A DNA stretch of 64,000 nucleotides from contig CATNEN010000038.1 in NCBI GenBank assembly GCA_950097015.1, positions 15,376,001-15,440,000 on the forward strand, in the 5' to 3' direction. Position 1 is the first letter of the stretch; every line of letters begins with the position of its first letter. Source of the stretch: Macrostomum hystrix (taxonomy: Eukaryota; Animalia; Platyhelminthes). This document shows positions 1-13,898 of the stretch, piece by piece. Both the position numbers and the translations under genes were made by a program. The notes beneath the pieces were generated by a model. The model saw nothing but the letters and a program-made list of their open reading frames with translations. It searched no databases and had not been told where the DNA came from.

Positions 1-535
1 TTGCTTCCCAAACAAGCGACCTGCAGTTCGTTCGTGTTCTCGCAAAACAACAACTGGGTGGTGAAGGGGTAAGGCTGGGATAAAATTCATTAATAAATAC
101 AATCCGTGGCGGACGCACACTTTGCCCAAGAATTCCGTCAACAGTCGGACCAACTCAGCGCCGATTTGAGCCGGGAAAAACAGTTCAATGAAATTCGCTG
201 TGAGTGCGTTTGTGTTTCGTGAGTCACGATCGACAATTCGGCCGTGTTAGAGTTGAGGCAATATCACCATCGCCGCAGTGATTAATGCTTGCTCAAATGC
301 GCGCCGATTGAGTCCTAAGCTCAAGAGAGTACAAGATAGAAGATGAATAGGGTGAGATTAATGTCGAGATGCTGTGAGACATGTGATCTCATCGTGAGAT
401 CTAATGCTGTTAGGCATAAAATCTTATTAAATTATTAAACTTAATATTCGACTAACTTATTGATTTCAAATTGAATTGAAATGCATTTATGCTTTACCAG
501 ATCGCACCAATTTGACGGCACATCACAAAGCAGCA

Positions 536-601
536 ATGTCCAACTGCATGGGAGTTTGCGCTTGCATGATTAGCCAGAATCACGCTCTGTTTCACCAGCA
601 T

Positions 602-633
<32 letters not shown>

Positions 634-3600
634 GCAGCAGTACTCCGTCTGGTCATTGACTCGAGGAAATATTGAAGTGAATTTATCCACGGATAATTGC
701 GCATTAGCTCACGAGATACCGGCAACTGTTGATTGGCAAAATCGAACTGGCCGAGATGTGGCCCGCGTGTTGCTAACCACCTACCTGTCACCGCCTGTCA
801 TAATAGTCACCGTGCTAACGAACATTACCATCTGCGCTGTGTTGACCAGGAAACATATGGTGTCACCGACTAATATCATACTGCTGTGCATGGCACTGGC
901 CGATATGCTAACGGGTGAGTGAGACTTCCTGCATCAGTGGGATCTGTGCCACGAATCATTGGTGCGATAAATCCTACGTGGGATAAATCCTAGGTTAGAT
1001 AAATCCTAGGTTAGATAAATCCTAGGTGGGAAAAATCCTAGGTTACATAAGTCCTAGGTTACATAAATCCTAGGTTAGATAAATCCTAGGTTATATAAAT
1101 CCTAGGTTACATAAATCCAAGGTTAGATAAATCCTAGGTTGCATAAGTCCTAGGTTAGATAAATCCTAGGTTACATAAATCCTAGGCTAGATAAATCCTA
1201 GGTTGCATAAGTCCTAGGTTAGATAAATCCTAGGTTGCATAAATCCTAGGCTAGATAAATCCTATAGATCAGATAAATCCTAGGTGAAAAAATCCTTGGT
1301 TTGATAAATCATATAGGTTAGATAAATCCTAGGTAGGATGAATCTTAGGTGGGATGAATCTTAGGTGGGATGAATCTTTGGTGGGATGAATCTTAGGTGG
1401 GATGAATCTTAGGTGGGATGAATCTTAGGTGGGATGAATCTTAGGTGGGATGAATCTTAGGTGGGATGAATCTTAGGTGGGATGAATCTTAGGTGGGATG
1501 AATCTTAGGTGGGATGAATCTTAGGTGGGATGAATCTTAGGTGGGATGAATCTTATATTAGGTGGGATGAATCTTAGGTGGGATGAATCTTAGGTGGGAT
1601 GAATCTTAGGTGGGATGAATCTTAGGTGGGATAAATCTTAGGTGGGATGAATCTTAGGTGGGATAAATCTTAGGTGGGATGAATCTTAGGTGGGATGAAT
1701 CTTTGGTGGGATAAATCTTAGGTGGGATAAATCTTAGGTGGGATAAATCTTAGGTGGGATAAATCTTAGGTGGGATAAATCTTAGGTGGGATAAATCTTA
1801 GGTGGGATAAATCTTAGGTGGGATGAATCTTAGGTGGGATAAATCTTAGGTGGGATGAATCTTAGGTGGGATGAATCTTAGGTGGGATAAATCTTAGGTG
1901 GGATGAATCTTAGGTGGGATAAATCTTAGGTAGGATGAATCTTAGGTGGGATGAATCTTAGGTGGGATGAATCTTAGGTGGGATGAATCTTAGGTGGGAT
2001 GAATCTTTGGTGGGATGAATCTTAGGTGGGATGAATTTTAGGTGGGATGATTCTTAGGTGGGATGAATCTTAGGTGGGATGAATCTTTGGTGGGATAAAT
2101 CTTAGGTGGGATAAATCTTAGGTGGGATAAATCTTAGGTGGGATGAATCTTAGGTGGGATGAATCTTAGGTGGGATGAATCTTAGGTGGGATGAATCTTA
2201 GGTGGGATGAATCTTAGGTGGGATGAATCTTAGGTGGGATAAATCTTAGGTGGGATGAATCTTAGGTGGGATAAATCTTAGGTGGGATAAATCTTAGGTG
2301 GGATGAATCTTAGGTGGGATGAATCTTAGGTGGGATGAATCTTAGGTGGGATGAATCTTAGGTGGGATGAATCTTAGGTGGGATGAATCTTAGGTGGGAT
2401 GAATCTTAGGTAGGATGAATCTTAGGTAGGATGAATCTTAGGTGGGATGAATCTTAGGTGGGATGAATCTTAGGTGGGATGAATCTTAGGTGGGATGAAT
2501 CTTAGGTGGGATGAATCTTAGGTGGGATGAATCTTAGGTGGGATGAATCTTAGGTGGGATGAATCTTAGGTAGGATGAATCTTAGGTAGGATGAATCTTA
2601 GGTGGGATGAATCTTAGGTGGGATGAATCTTAGGTGGGATGAATCTTAGGTGGGATGAATCTTAGGTGGGATGAATCTTAGGTGGGATGAATCTTAGGTG
2701 GGATGAATCCTAGGTGGGATGAATCTTAGGTGGGATGAATCTTAGGTGGGATGAATCTTAGGTGGGATGAATCTTAGGTGGGATGAATCTTAGGTGGGAT
2801 GAATCTTAGGTGGGATGAATCTTAGGTGGGATGAATCTTAGGTGGGATAAATCTTAGGTGGGATGAATCTTAGGTGGGATGAATCTTAGGTGGGATGAAT
2901 CTTAGGTGGGATAAATCTTAGGTGGGATAAATCTTAGGTGGGATGAATCTTAGGTGGGATGAATCTTTGGTGGGATAAATCTTAGGTGGGATAAATCTTA
3001 GGTGGGATAAATCTTAGGTGGGAAAACCATTGGTAGTCAAATGTTTAATTAGATAATTAGTGTAATGATCTTTTCGTAATACCTGAATCGAAAAACTGTT
3101 TTATTTCACTCGCTTATTCGTTGATTTAAAAAATCGAATTCTTGAATCGAAAAAAAGTCTCGTAGGGTTGCTTTAGTCATATTGCGTTGTAAAGTACATC
3201 TGAACAAAAGTGTTTTGCATTCAAGCAGCCAATTTTTAATAATGGCTGAAACTGACCATTTTTCTCTCTCACTGTTCAAACAGAAATCAGGGTTTGTCAA
3301 TAATTTACAGAGTCAGTTAAGCAAATAACAAGTATTTCTGTTCGAAATAATCCAGTTTTAGCCAGGGCTGTTTTGCAATCTGGGTCACACAAATCACTTT
3401 ACGACATCTGGGTGAATTTCCATTCGAAGTATTTAATCAAGTAGCTATTTGAGTGACCAGATGGGAGTATGATAGATAGTCCCATCTGGTCTATCTTAAT
3501 AATTTAAATAATTTTTTAATGCATCAAATTGTAAATAAATAAAAAAATAAAGAATAAAGATAAAGAAGATAAAGAATGCCTAGAAATGATTCTCACCCCC

Positions 3601-4766
3601 ATATGAACCCGGCAGGCCTGTGTCCGCTGCCCATGTACCTTCTGTCGGAATTCGCGCACAATTGGACTGTAACCAAGGTCTGTCAGAGTCCACTGGCTGT
3701 CAATCTTGTGATGCTCAGCTGCAACATACTGCCAACAATATTTCACACGGTTTCAATCTGGCTGACTGTAATCCTGGCTATTCAACGCTGGATTTACATC
3801 AATTTCCCTATGTCCGTGCAGCGGCTCTGCACTAATCGCGCATCGGTGAAGGCAGCTATTAGCCTACTCACAGTAGTATCCGGGTTCATGTGCGCCTGGT
3901 TCTACATCGACGGTCCCTACAAAACTGCCAGCGAACTCGGAGCCAGCGGCGACAGCGACAATCTAGTCGTGGTATCCTGCACTGAAGGTGGCGAGAAGCC
4001 TTACTTCAAAGCCATGGTGTACTCCAGAACTCTGCTGGCCAACGTGGCTCCAAGCATCTTGCTGGTTGTGTTCACCGCCTTGCTTATCAAGGGCATCGGC
4101 CAGGCCGCCAGGCGACGGAAGCATTTGGCAACTGGTGGCGGCGGCAGCCGCGGAACCAGGCATCGAGATTCTTCCTCGAAGGCAAAGAAATCGACGCCCG
4201 GAAGTACGCCACTATCTAGGCAGGCCTCTAGTCGGCGCGTTGAAGAGGCTGGCAATACCACCGTGATGCTGACGGTGGTAGTCGGATTGTTCATGGTGGT
4301 GGAGATGCCGATGACGGTGGTCATGGCGCTCTACCTGCTCAGAGTGGAAGGCTATGTGTCGGACATTGACCAGGTGATGGGCTACGCCATGCCCATTATC
4401 AACTTCACCATTCTGGTGACCTATCCGTTGAACTTCTTCATCTACTCTATGATGTCCGCTCAATTTCGCAACACCTTTGTCGGCATCTTCGGCGGCCTGC
4501 TACGCGGCGACAGACGGCGGCGGGGCACGCGCCAGCGACGTCGCCAGCAACTGCTGCTGGCGCAGTCCGAGCGCGACGGCATCGAGCTGACAAACTTCAC
4601 CGGCGGAGGAGCTGCTGGCGGCTTCTACGGAGACGAGGGCGGATTGTACAGTACGGTCTCGAATTGCAACGCTGTTGGCGGAGTCGCTGATGGAGCCGCC
4701 GCGGCAGCCAATGGTGAGGCCGGTGGCCTGGAAACACCGCCGGAGGCGCTAGCTCTGATTGGATGA
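536..4766 (+). CDS. Rhodopsin-class neuropeptide GPCR, sex-peptide/MIP(allatostatin-B)-receptor-like; 2 coding exons (536-914, 3616-4766), 509 aa
   Basis: Donor G|gtgagt at 915 and acceptor gcag|GC at 3615 join in phase (1530 nt). Motifs VLTRKHMVSPTNIILLCMALADMLT, PTIFHTVSIWLTVILAIQRWIYI and YPLNFFIYSMMSAQFRNTF match the SPR/MIP receptor group. N-terminal polyQ. Start codon choice (536) is tentative. Confidence 0.88.
975..3023. repeat. 16-bp minisatellite (ttaggtgggatgaatc)n filling the GPCR intron
   Basis: Directly visible tandem array; 5' part uses the variant unit ataaatcctaggttag. Confidence 0.97.
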
Positions 4767-4788
4767 CGCAACAATTAGCAGTAACTGC

Positions 4789-4823
<35 letters not shown>

Positions 4824-5173
4824 TGCGGGAGGGCTGCGGGCAGTGCCAAATCAATTGGTGACACTAGACCCGCAGCCAGCGAGGAGGCAATTCTGCCCAT
4901 TTCGCTGACTCCTAAGCACACACGCACTCAGATACCGTAAGCAGGCACACGCTAACACAGGTGTGTACATCTGCGCTGACTTTCTCATCGTCAGGCAGTG
5001 TACACTTTCACTGTGCCTTGGAGGTTGGCCCTCAAGGGCGTAAATTGCACGACAAGCCCTCAAGCCTTCTCTCCGCGGCTGCGCCCCAAATGAATGTGGC
5101 CTCGCCGTGGAATCGAACTTAGGGACCTTGGTGCGAGAGACAAACGCGATAACCGCTCTGCCACCGACCCCCT
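4789..5173 (-). mobile_element. tRNA-derived SINE family 1 copy (antisense, 22 nt after the GPCR stop)
   Basis: (ATT)n tail, A/B-box-like head on the minus strand, 11-bp TSD gcagtaactgc (4778-4788 / 5174-5184); homologous to copies at 27.2, 45.5, 54.5 and 56.4 kb. Confidence 0.85.
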
Positions 5174-5794
5174 GCAGTAACTGCTTTGATTGACAGGTAA
5201 AATCGTATGGAATGGATAAGGTACAGTTTGCACTTTAGTAAGTCAGATTTGATTAATTTTTTGGCGTCTTGGATTCCTAACTGCATGAGGTCGTGAGTTC
5301 GAATCGCTGAAATAAAATTATAACTTCTTGCAAATTACTTCTCTTCACCCAGCTGTATTATGGCTTCAGGTATCGCTGATAATGAGTCCAAGGACTGGAT
5401 ATCTGTACACAGCATTTGGAAGCATTCGGACAAAAATACTGACAGACATTTTCAAATTTCTTACAACTATTCTTCTACTGAAAACATGACTTCGCAAAGA
5501 AACCAAAGTGTTTAATTACGAGCGTATTTATTGATCCTTTTTGTAGATGCCTATTCGTGATATGAGTTTGCTGTTTAACATTCGCTTTGTGAATTGCTTG
5601 TTTCCATAGAAAATGTGCACTATAAATTAACTGTATTATATTAACTGTCTTATATACCCATCGTGTCCTGATATAAAGCAAGATAATTGTCCTATAAAAT
5701 ATATATTTCTTTATTAGTCGGAATATAAAATTTCCTGCGTCGCAAAACCACGCACAATTCGCCTATAGCCATTTTACCTTCGTCATTGCTAAAT

Positions 5795-7320
5795 CGACTC
5801 ATCCAACAGTATAGATTAGCAATCCACTCATCCAATAGTATAGATTAGCAATCCACTCATCCAACAGTATAGATTAGCGATCCACTCATCCAACAGTATA
5901 GATTAGCAATCCACTCATCCAACAGTATAGATTAGCAATCCACTCATCCAACAGTATAGATTAGCGATCCACTCATCCAACAGTATAGATTAGCAATCCA
6001 CTCATCCAACAGTATAGATTAGCGATCCACTCATCCAACAGTATAGATTAGCAATCCACTCATCCAACAGTATAGATTAGCAATCCACTCATCCAACAGT
6101 ATAGATTAGCAATCCACTCATCCAACAGTATAGATTAGCAATCCACTCATCCAATAGTATAGATTAGCAATCCACTCATCCAACAGTATAGATTAGCAAT
6201 CCACTCATCCAATAGTATAGATTAGCAATCCACTCATCCAACAGTATAGATTAGCAATCCACTCATCCAATAGTATAGATTAGCAATCCTCTCATCCAAC
6301 AGTATCTAGATTAGCAATCCACTCATCCAATAGTATAGATTAGCAATCCACTCATCCAATAGTATAGATTAGCAATCCTCTCATCCAACAGTATAGATTA
6401 GCAATCCTCTCATCCAACAGTATCTAGATTAGCAATCCACTCATCCAACAGTATAGATTTGCAATCCACTCATCCAACTGCATAGATAAGCAATCCACTC
6501 ATCCAATAGTATAGATTAGCAATCCACTCATCCAACAGTATAGATTAGCAATCCACTTATCCAACAGTATAGATTAGCAATCCACTCATCCAACAGTATA
6601 GATTAGCAATCCACTCATCCAACAGTATAGATTAGCAATCCACTCATCCAACAGTATAGATTAGCAATCCTCTCATCCAACAGTATAGATTAGCAATCCA
6701 CTCATCCAACAGTATAGATTAGCAATCCTCTCATCCAACAGTATAGATTAGCAATCCTCTCATCCAATAGTATAGATTAGCAATCCACTCATCCAACAGT
6801 ATAGATTAGCAATCCACTCATCCAACAGTATAGATTAGCAATCCACTCATCCAACAGTATAGATTAGCAATCCACTCATCCAACTGCATAGATAAGCAAT
6901 CCATTTATTCAACTGCATAGATTAGCAATCCACTCATCCAACAGTATAGATTAGCAATCCTCTCATCCAATAGTATAGATTAGCAATCCACTCATCCAAC
7001 AGTATAGATTAGCAATCAACTCATCCAACAGTATAGATTAGCAATCCACTCATCCAACAGTATAGATTAGCAATCCACTCATCCAACAGTATAGATTAGC
7101 AATCAACTCATCCAACAGTATAGATTAGCAATCCACTCATCCAACAGTATAGATTAGCAATCAACTCATCCAACAGTATAGATTAGCAATCCACTCATCC
7201 AACAGTATAGATTAGCAATCCACTCATCCAACAGCATAGATTAGCAATCCACTCATCCAACAGTATAGATAAGCAATCCATTTATTCAACTGCATAGAAT
7301 CGCAAGCCACTCAACCAACA
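5795..7320. repeat. 29-bp minisatellite (ccactcatccaacagtatagattagcaat)n
   Basis: Visible tandem array between the convergent GPCR and CK1 genes. Confidence 0.97.
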
Positions 7321-8771
7321 GCTAGTATAATTAGTATAGATTGTCGTAATTATATTATAATCTAAGTATTGTGTTAATTGTACAATTCAAGAACTAGCAA
7401 GTCGTGAGCCTCTTGTTGAAGATAGACAGTCAAAACACAATGGCCACTAGCTAGCAGAATTACTTGCAATAGATGATTGATGGAGAATTCAGATTATATA
7501 ATAAAATTTTGTTTTGTTTCAGTTTAAAAGTGCTTGGCAAACATTAAGGCGAGATCCAATAGGATGTTTATCCGATGGGCTCAAACAAATCAAACCGAGC
7601 AACCTACCCTTTTTGTTGCCAAATAAACTCGCAGATAGATTAATCCAAACACAAAGCATGCACAATAGGATTATCACTGGAGACTCAGTATTGAGATCAG
7701 TCAGATAATCGTGCAAGTTGACAAAAAAAAATTTTTATCAGCAATTTTAAAATATATTTCTTATTTATAAAAAAAAATTTGGCAAATAAATTATAATCAA
7801 CAAAAAACAATTGGTAAGTACGAGTATAAAGTTACTTGGTGGAATGATAAGAAAGAGATTTTTCAAAAAAGTTTTTGGTAAAACCAAGGACTTCGGTATA
7901 TAGCATGTAGAAGCTAGAAACTTAGCTGCTAAATATAGAAGCCCATGATTCAATTATATAATATAGTTATTAATATAGTTTTTTTAAAACAAACAGTGCC
8001 TGTGAATTAAAGTGCAACCAATTGAATTCCACGAATGTACCTTACTATTTATTGATTGACATTAAATAAATTTATAATTCCCTATATTAATAATTTGTTT
8101 AAATGAACTAAAATATGTTGAAATTACAGCATTTATGCTTTAACAATAATAAAATCATGTTTTATATGAATCAAACACGCAAAATTTACATTTTTTCTTA
8201 TACTACTTAAAATAAAAAATATCAAGTAGACGGGTTCGATTTTTATTATCGTTTCTCGACAAAATTCTGCCTTAATAGTTATGTCTCTGAGGGTGATACA
8301 AAGTAGTATCGTTGGTAGCTCTTTAAATTTAGGTTAGCTTTTCCTTTTGCCAAACCAAATGAACTAGATTCACAATCGAATAGATTAGCTATCCATAATT
8401 TGGAATGCATTACTAGCCGAAAACAAAAAAGTAGCAGCGAATAAAGAGCAGAAAGCAATGGCATTGTCTCCAAAGCGTCGCGATAAAGTTAAAAATTCTA
8501 AGCATAATAAGAAGCCACATTATTTCAGCAGTGTAAACATTTCAAAGCATAATTTTTTTAACAAAGAATAGAAAAAATCAGGAATACAATAAGAAAAGTG
8601 AAGTTAGTTTAGATTTGGCAACAAAGCCTACAAATTTATACAATTAGCTTTTATTGGATTAAATTATCTTAAGGCACCCGATTATTGTTCGATTTAGAGC
8701 ACACAACAAATCCTTGGTCAATGTCTGTGCCAGCTGTTCTCGGTTTGTAAATTTTATTTCTCTCCGCATTT

Positions 8772-8780
8772 TTACTGTTG

Positions 8781-8814
<34 letters not shown>

Positions 8815-11805
8815 CGGCCAACTAGAAATTTTGTTTTGCAAAATAAGTTCTTAAAAATAAATTCTTAAAAAAACTACAGTCAAATTTGTCTGTCAGTTGA
8901 GTCACTACTGCCCTCCTCTCAGCCAGGGGGTCACGACTGCCTTACTCTCAGCCAGGGGGTCACGACTGCCTTACTCTCAGCCAGGGGTCACGACTGCCTT
9001 ACTCTCAGCCAGGGGGGTCACAACTGCCCTCCTCTCAGCCAGGGGGGTCACAACTGCCTTACTCTCAGCCAGGGGGTCACGACTGCCTTACTCTCAGCCA
9101 GGGGGGTCACAACTGCCCTCCTCTCAGCCAGGGGGGTCACAACTGCCTTACTCTCAGCCAGGGGGACACGACTGCCCTACTCTCAGCCAGGGGGGTCACA
9201 ACTGCCCTCCTCTCAGCCAGTGGGTCACAACTGCCTTACTCTCAGCCAGGGGGTCACAACTGCCTTACTCTCAGCCAGGGGGTCACAACTGGCTTACTCT
9301 CAGCCAGGGGGGTCACAACTGCCCTCCTCTCAGCCAGTGGGTCACAACTGCCTTACTCTCAGCCAGGGGGTCACAACTGGCTTACTCTCAGCCAGGGGGT
9401 CACAACTGCCCTCCTCTCAGCCAGGGGGGTCACGACTGCCTTACTCTCAGCCAGGGGGTCACGACTGCCTTACTCTCAGCCAGGGGGTCACAACTGCTTT
9501 ACTCTCAGCCAGGGGGTCACAACTGCTTTACTCTCAGCCAGGGGGTCACAACTGCTTTACTCTCAGCCAGGGGGTCACAACTGGCTTACTCTCAGCCAGG
9601 GGGTCACGACTGCCTTACTCTCAGCCAGGGGGTCACAACTGACTTACTCTCAGCCAGGGGGTCACAACTGGCTTACTCTCAGCTGATTTTAAGCAATAAT
9701 TTGCCAGTTTAAAAGCAACATAAAAAATTGCGAAACACCAACTTACAACCAACAGCACCAGCTCGTGTCCTAGAGCCAGACTGCTGCTGCTGCTGCTGTT
9801 TGCTCTGCTCTGTGCCAGCCACAGCCGCGGTGCTAGCGCTGTTAGCCGCAGCGCCGCCACCGCCAAATTTGAGCATATTCCAGTCGAACACATAGTCATA
9901 GGTGAAGCCCTCCCTATGGAACAGGTTGCGAAAGAGCTGTCTGAGGTAGCTGTAGTCTGGCTTGTCGTCAAATCGCAACGATCTGCACAGATTCAAATAG
10001 GTGACAAATTCGGCCGGATAGCCTTGGCACAGGCTTTCAACCGGTGTCTGCATCTTCTTCTCGCTGATTCTCTCGTACTTTTGTCGCTTGGTGTTGGCGC
10101 GCAGGCCCTGCCAGGGTAGGGCGCCGCGCAGAAAGTACATGAACACGTAGCCAAGGGCCTCCATATCGTCACGCCTGGCTTGCTCTGATTGGTTGGGTCG
10201 GTTTACATCGTTAATCCTTATGTAATAATCTACCAACATAGATAAATAATTCGATTTTTAGGAAATTTTCTTGAGAACTGGAGTCTAAAATCCCACTTTG
10301 AGATCACCTGGGGAATTTGAGTCTAAAATCCCACTTTGAGATCAGCTGGGGAATTTGAGTTTAAAATCCCACTTTGTGATCAGCTGAGAATTTGAGTATA
10401 AAATCCCACTTTGAGATCAGATGGGGAATTTGAGTCTAAAATCCCACTTTGAGATCAGCTGGGGAATTTGAGTTTAAAATCCCACTTTGTGATCAGCTGG
10501 GGAATTTGAGTATAAAATCCCACTTTGAGATCAGATGGGGAATTTGAGTCTAAAATCCCACTTTGAGATCAGCTGGGGAATTTGAGTTTAAAATCCCTCT
10601 TTGTGATCAGCTGGGGAATTTGAGTATAAAATCCCACTTTGTGATCAGCTGGGGAATTTGAGTCTAAAATCCCACTTTGAGATCAGCTGGGGAATTTGAG
10701 TCTAAAATCCCACTTTGAGATCAGCTGGGGAATTCGAGTATAAAATCCCACTTTGAGATCAGCTGGGGAATTTGAGTCTAAAATCCCACTTTGAGATCAG
10801 CTGGGGAATTTGAGTATAAAATCCCACTTTGTGAACAGCTAGGAAATTTGAGTATAAAATCCCACTTTGAGATCAGCTAGAGAATTTGAGTAAAAAATGC
10901 CACTTTGTGATCAGCTAGGAAATTTGAGTATAAAATCCCACTTTGAGATCAGCTGGGGAATTTGAGTATAAAATCCTACCTTGAGATCGTCTATAGTGAA
11001 GTCAAAGCCCCCACTTAGCAATTTATTAGAAATTTTAGAAACTTTATTAAAAGCTGAACTGCCAATTCTATGTAAGCAAATAACTGAAGATGAAAAAATC
11101 GCTGCTCAGTGCAATTTATAGGTAAAATCAAAATGAAACTCAGTCACTAGCTCACCAATGCCCAGGTGAGTATTGACACTGGCATATCGGGCGGTGCCTG
11201 TGAGGTTCTTGTTCTCCCTATATGGAATGTGCTGGTGAGTGCGGGAATCGCGGTACTTCTTAGCGAGGCCAAAGTCGATGATATAGACTAGATTGCCTTT
11301 CTTGCCTAGACCCATCAGGAAATTGTCCGGCTTCACGTCTCTGAAGTGAGTTTGAAAAGAAAGTTCACAGTTTATTTGCCTATTTAAAATCGATAATATT
11401 TAGACCTAAAATACAACCCTATTACCTGTGAATGAAATTCTTGCTGTGAATGAATTCCACCCGATTAAGCAACTGATCAGCTAGCAGTAAAACTGTTTTT
11501 AGTCGGAATTTTCTGCCGCAAAAGTTGAACAAATCTTCTAGACTCGGGCCAAGCAGTTCCATCACCATGACATTGTAGTCACCCTCTGTGCCGCACCATT
11601 TAATAGTCGGTATGCCGACGCCACCCTGCATTAGCTTGTAGATTTTGCTTTCAATGTGCAGCTGAGGATGTTTAGTGCGCACACACTCCAGCTTGATGGC
11701 CACCTCTTCGCCATTGGTGATGTCGGTGCCAAGGTAGATGTCGCCAAATGATCCGCTGCCAATTTTTCTACCCAATCGATATTTGTTGCCAACTCTAAGC
11801 TCCAT
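8772..11805 (-). CDS. CSNK1D/E: Casein kinase 1 delta/epsilon; exons 11805-11426, 11340-11156, 10184-9747, 8821-8772; 350 aa
   Basis: [61 protein letters not shown]; GT-AG introns in phase (1053 nt). The last short exon (FGRQ9HQQ*) is the least certain. Confidence 0.95.
8905..9685. repeat. ~28-29-bp minisatellite (gggggtcacaactgccttactctcagcca)n in CK1 intron 3
   Basis: Visible tandem array; explains ORFs 8897-9712 and 9220-9642. Confidence 0.95.
10280..10985. repeat. 38-bp minisatellite (gagtctaaaatcccactttgagatcagctggggaattt)n in CK1 intron 2
   Basis: Visible tandem array. Confidence 0.95.
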
Positions 11806-13898
11806 GTCTGACTTGAAGTTGGTTTTAGATTTCTAGAACTGATTAGCCAGTGTATTTTGGGTCACTGAAAAAACATTAGCTAGCTGCACTAGGAAGTGTG
11901 AAGTATTTTTCTGAAAAAACAGGTAAGATTGTAATAATAGTTTAAGGATGTGCCTACTGACTTAAATTAACAACAGTGCATTTCAAAGCTATTTAAAATC
12001 AAGTAAAGCTATTATAAAAATATAGCATGTAGAGTCTAAGCACCATTGCCTGTATGCCTATTGTTTACTTTAAAAAATATAGATGCAAAATGAATATAAA
12101 AATGTTGACAAATATAATTTAGTGTTGCTCTGATTACCAAATGAAATTAATAATCAACTTCTAAAATATGATCTATTGAAATTAAAAGCTGATAAAAAGT
12201 AGAAAAACACATAATTTGTCACTATTAATAATGTTGCTTCACTACAATTTCTTGACACTGCTAGGCCTAAGTGAAAAGAAATAGTTTTTACAAACATAAA
12301 TGACATAGTTATATAAACTTTTTAAATGTTAAACGTCATAAACTAGATTCAAATGAGTCTGACAAATAAGAAGCAACTTAAAAGGATGTTGCAGGATGGG
12401 ATAGGTCTGATTAACAGAGTTAGAAAACTGTCAAATCAAATAGAAATAAAACCGTCCGTCTAGATCTAGCAAATACCTTGTGCCTAATGCCTAGGCTATG
12501 GTGGCCCTAAAACACCACATTCGTTATAAAGAGTTAAACAGCTGTTAAACTGCTGTATTTTTAGTTCCATTGATTGTTTTAGTAACGGCTAGGTCTAGGC
12601 CTAATCCATCGTCTTTACCTTTTCGATGTGCCAAATAATGCTAGCCGGCTTTAAACATGAATTATTAAAAATTACTCTTTATGTAGCGAAATTGAATGCA
12701 TAAAAGAAATAGTCAACAAAATAAAAAGGCTTGGTTGTTTTTGTTTAGAAATTTGTAAACAAAACTTAACGATTTTTTTTCACAAAGTAATCATTTATTA
12801 AATTAACTTGTTAAATAAAAAGCCAATGGTGTTTTACCAGCAAAAAAGTGAAAATAGCATTTTCCTAGAAACATTAGCTAATTCGATTTATAGTCTTTGA
12901 ACTTACATTATAGTCTATTAAAGGACTTGGAGGTAGAGCAGCTGCTGCTGGGATTGACATAATCGGCTTGTTCACATTCACCAAATGAAATAAAAGGAGG
13001 GCTCTAAATTTTAATGTTTAAATAAGTATAAATATACTCTTTTATAACTTGTTTAGAAGCTATGGAAATAAAGTATATTGTTATACTTATAAATATATAC
13101 TTATATATACAAAATATATATACAAATATATACTTATAGATATAAATAATAGAATTATTTAATAAAGATTGGAGTTTTTAATTATTTCACTTATCTGCCT
13201 TACTTAAAAAGTTAGATTTTTTGCCAATCAAAAATCAATGGGTATAGAATGGTAGAATGGGTATATGATGAATGTAATTAATTTTATATTCAGTTTTCTC
13301 TCACTAAAACCCTAGTTTTGTTTTTACACAATCCACTCCTAACTCCTAAATTTTAAAATAACAAGTAATAGTATAGTCTATAGTTGTTTTTGCATTACAA
13401 ACCTTAGTCTTACGAAGTCTTACGGTAAGACTAAATAAGTCTTACCAAATATTGTCATATTACTTGTGACATGTCAATATAATTACCATATTTTCTAAAT
13501 TAATTGGTTAGTTCATTTAATCAGAGGATTGGCTTAGCCTACCAAGATTGTCATTTGTGTCATAGTTAATTGATATTTAAGTAAGAACTATTTAATATAT
13601 TTTTTAGATTTGATGCTAAAAATAATGCTTACTTTATTTCTTGTAACAAAAAGGTTAATCAGTTATTCAAATTTTCATATCAGCAAGATTTTTCTCAAGT
13701 TCAACTAAGTCTTATTAAGTTATTATTCTTTTTTATTTATATTTGGCTTAAAATGTTTACTTGTCAATACACCATTGGTATATAGATGTCAATTTAATTT
13801 CAAATATTCCAGGGAAAGTTGTTGCAATAAGAAATTACTAGCTATTGGCCCAGTTTTTATTGAATAAGCCAAGTATAACCCAAAGAAGTCTATCAGGC

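Noticed and set aside
4975-5000. CTGACGA...GAAA-GTC in SINE1 (minus strand) resembles a hammerhead core
   Set aside because: There is no room for stem II or stem III; it is the loop of a ctgac/gtcag hairpin.
5795-7320. Regular 29-38-bp repeats (also 10280, 36235) superficially like CRISPR arrays
   Set aside because: Head-to-tail units without unique spacers, no cas genes, eukaryotic context.
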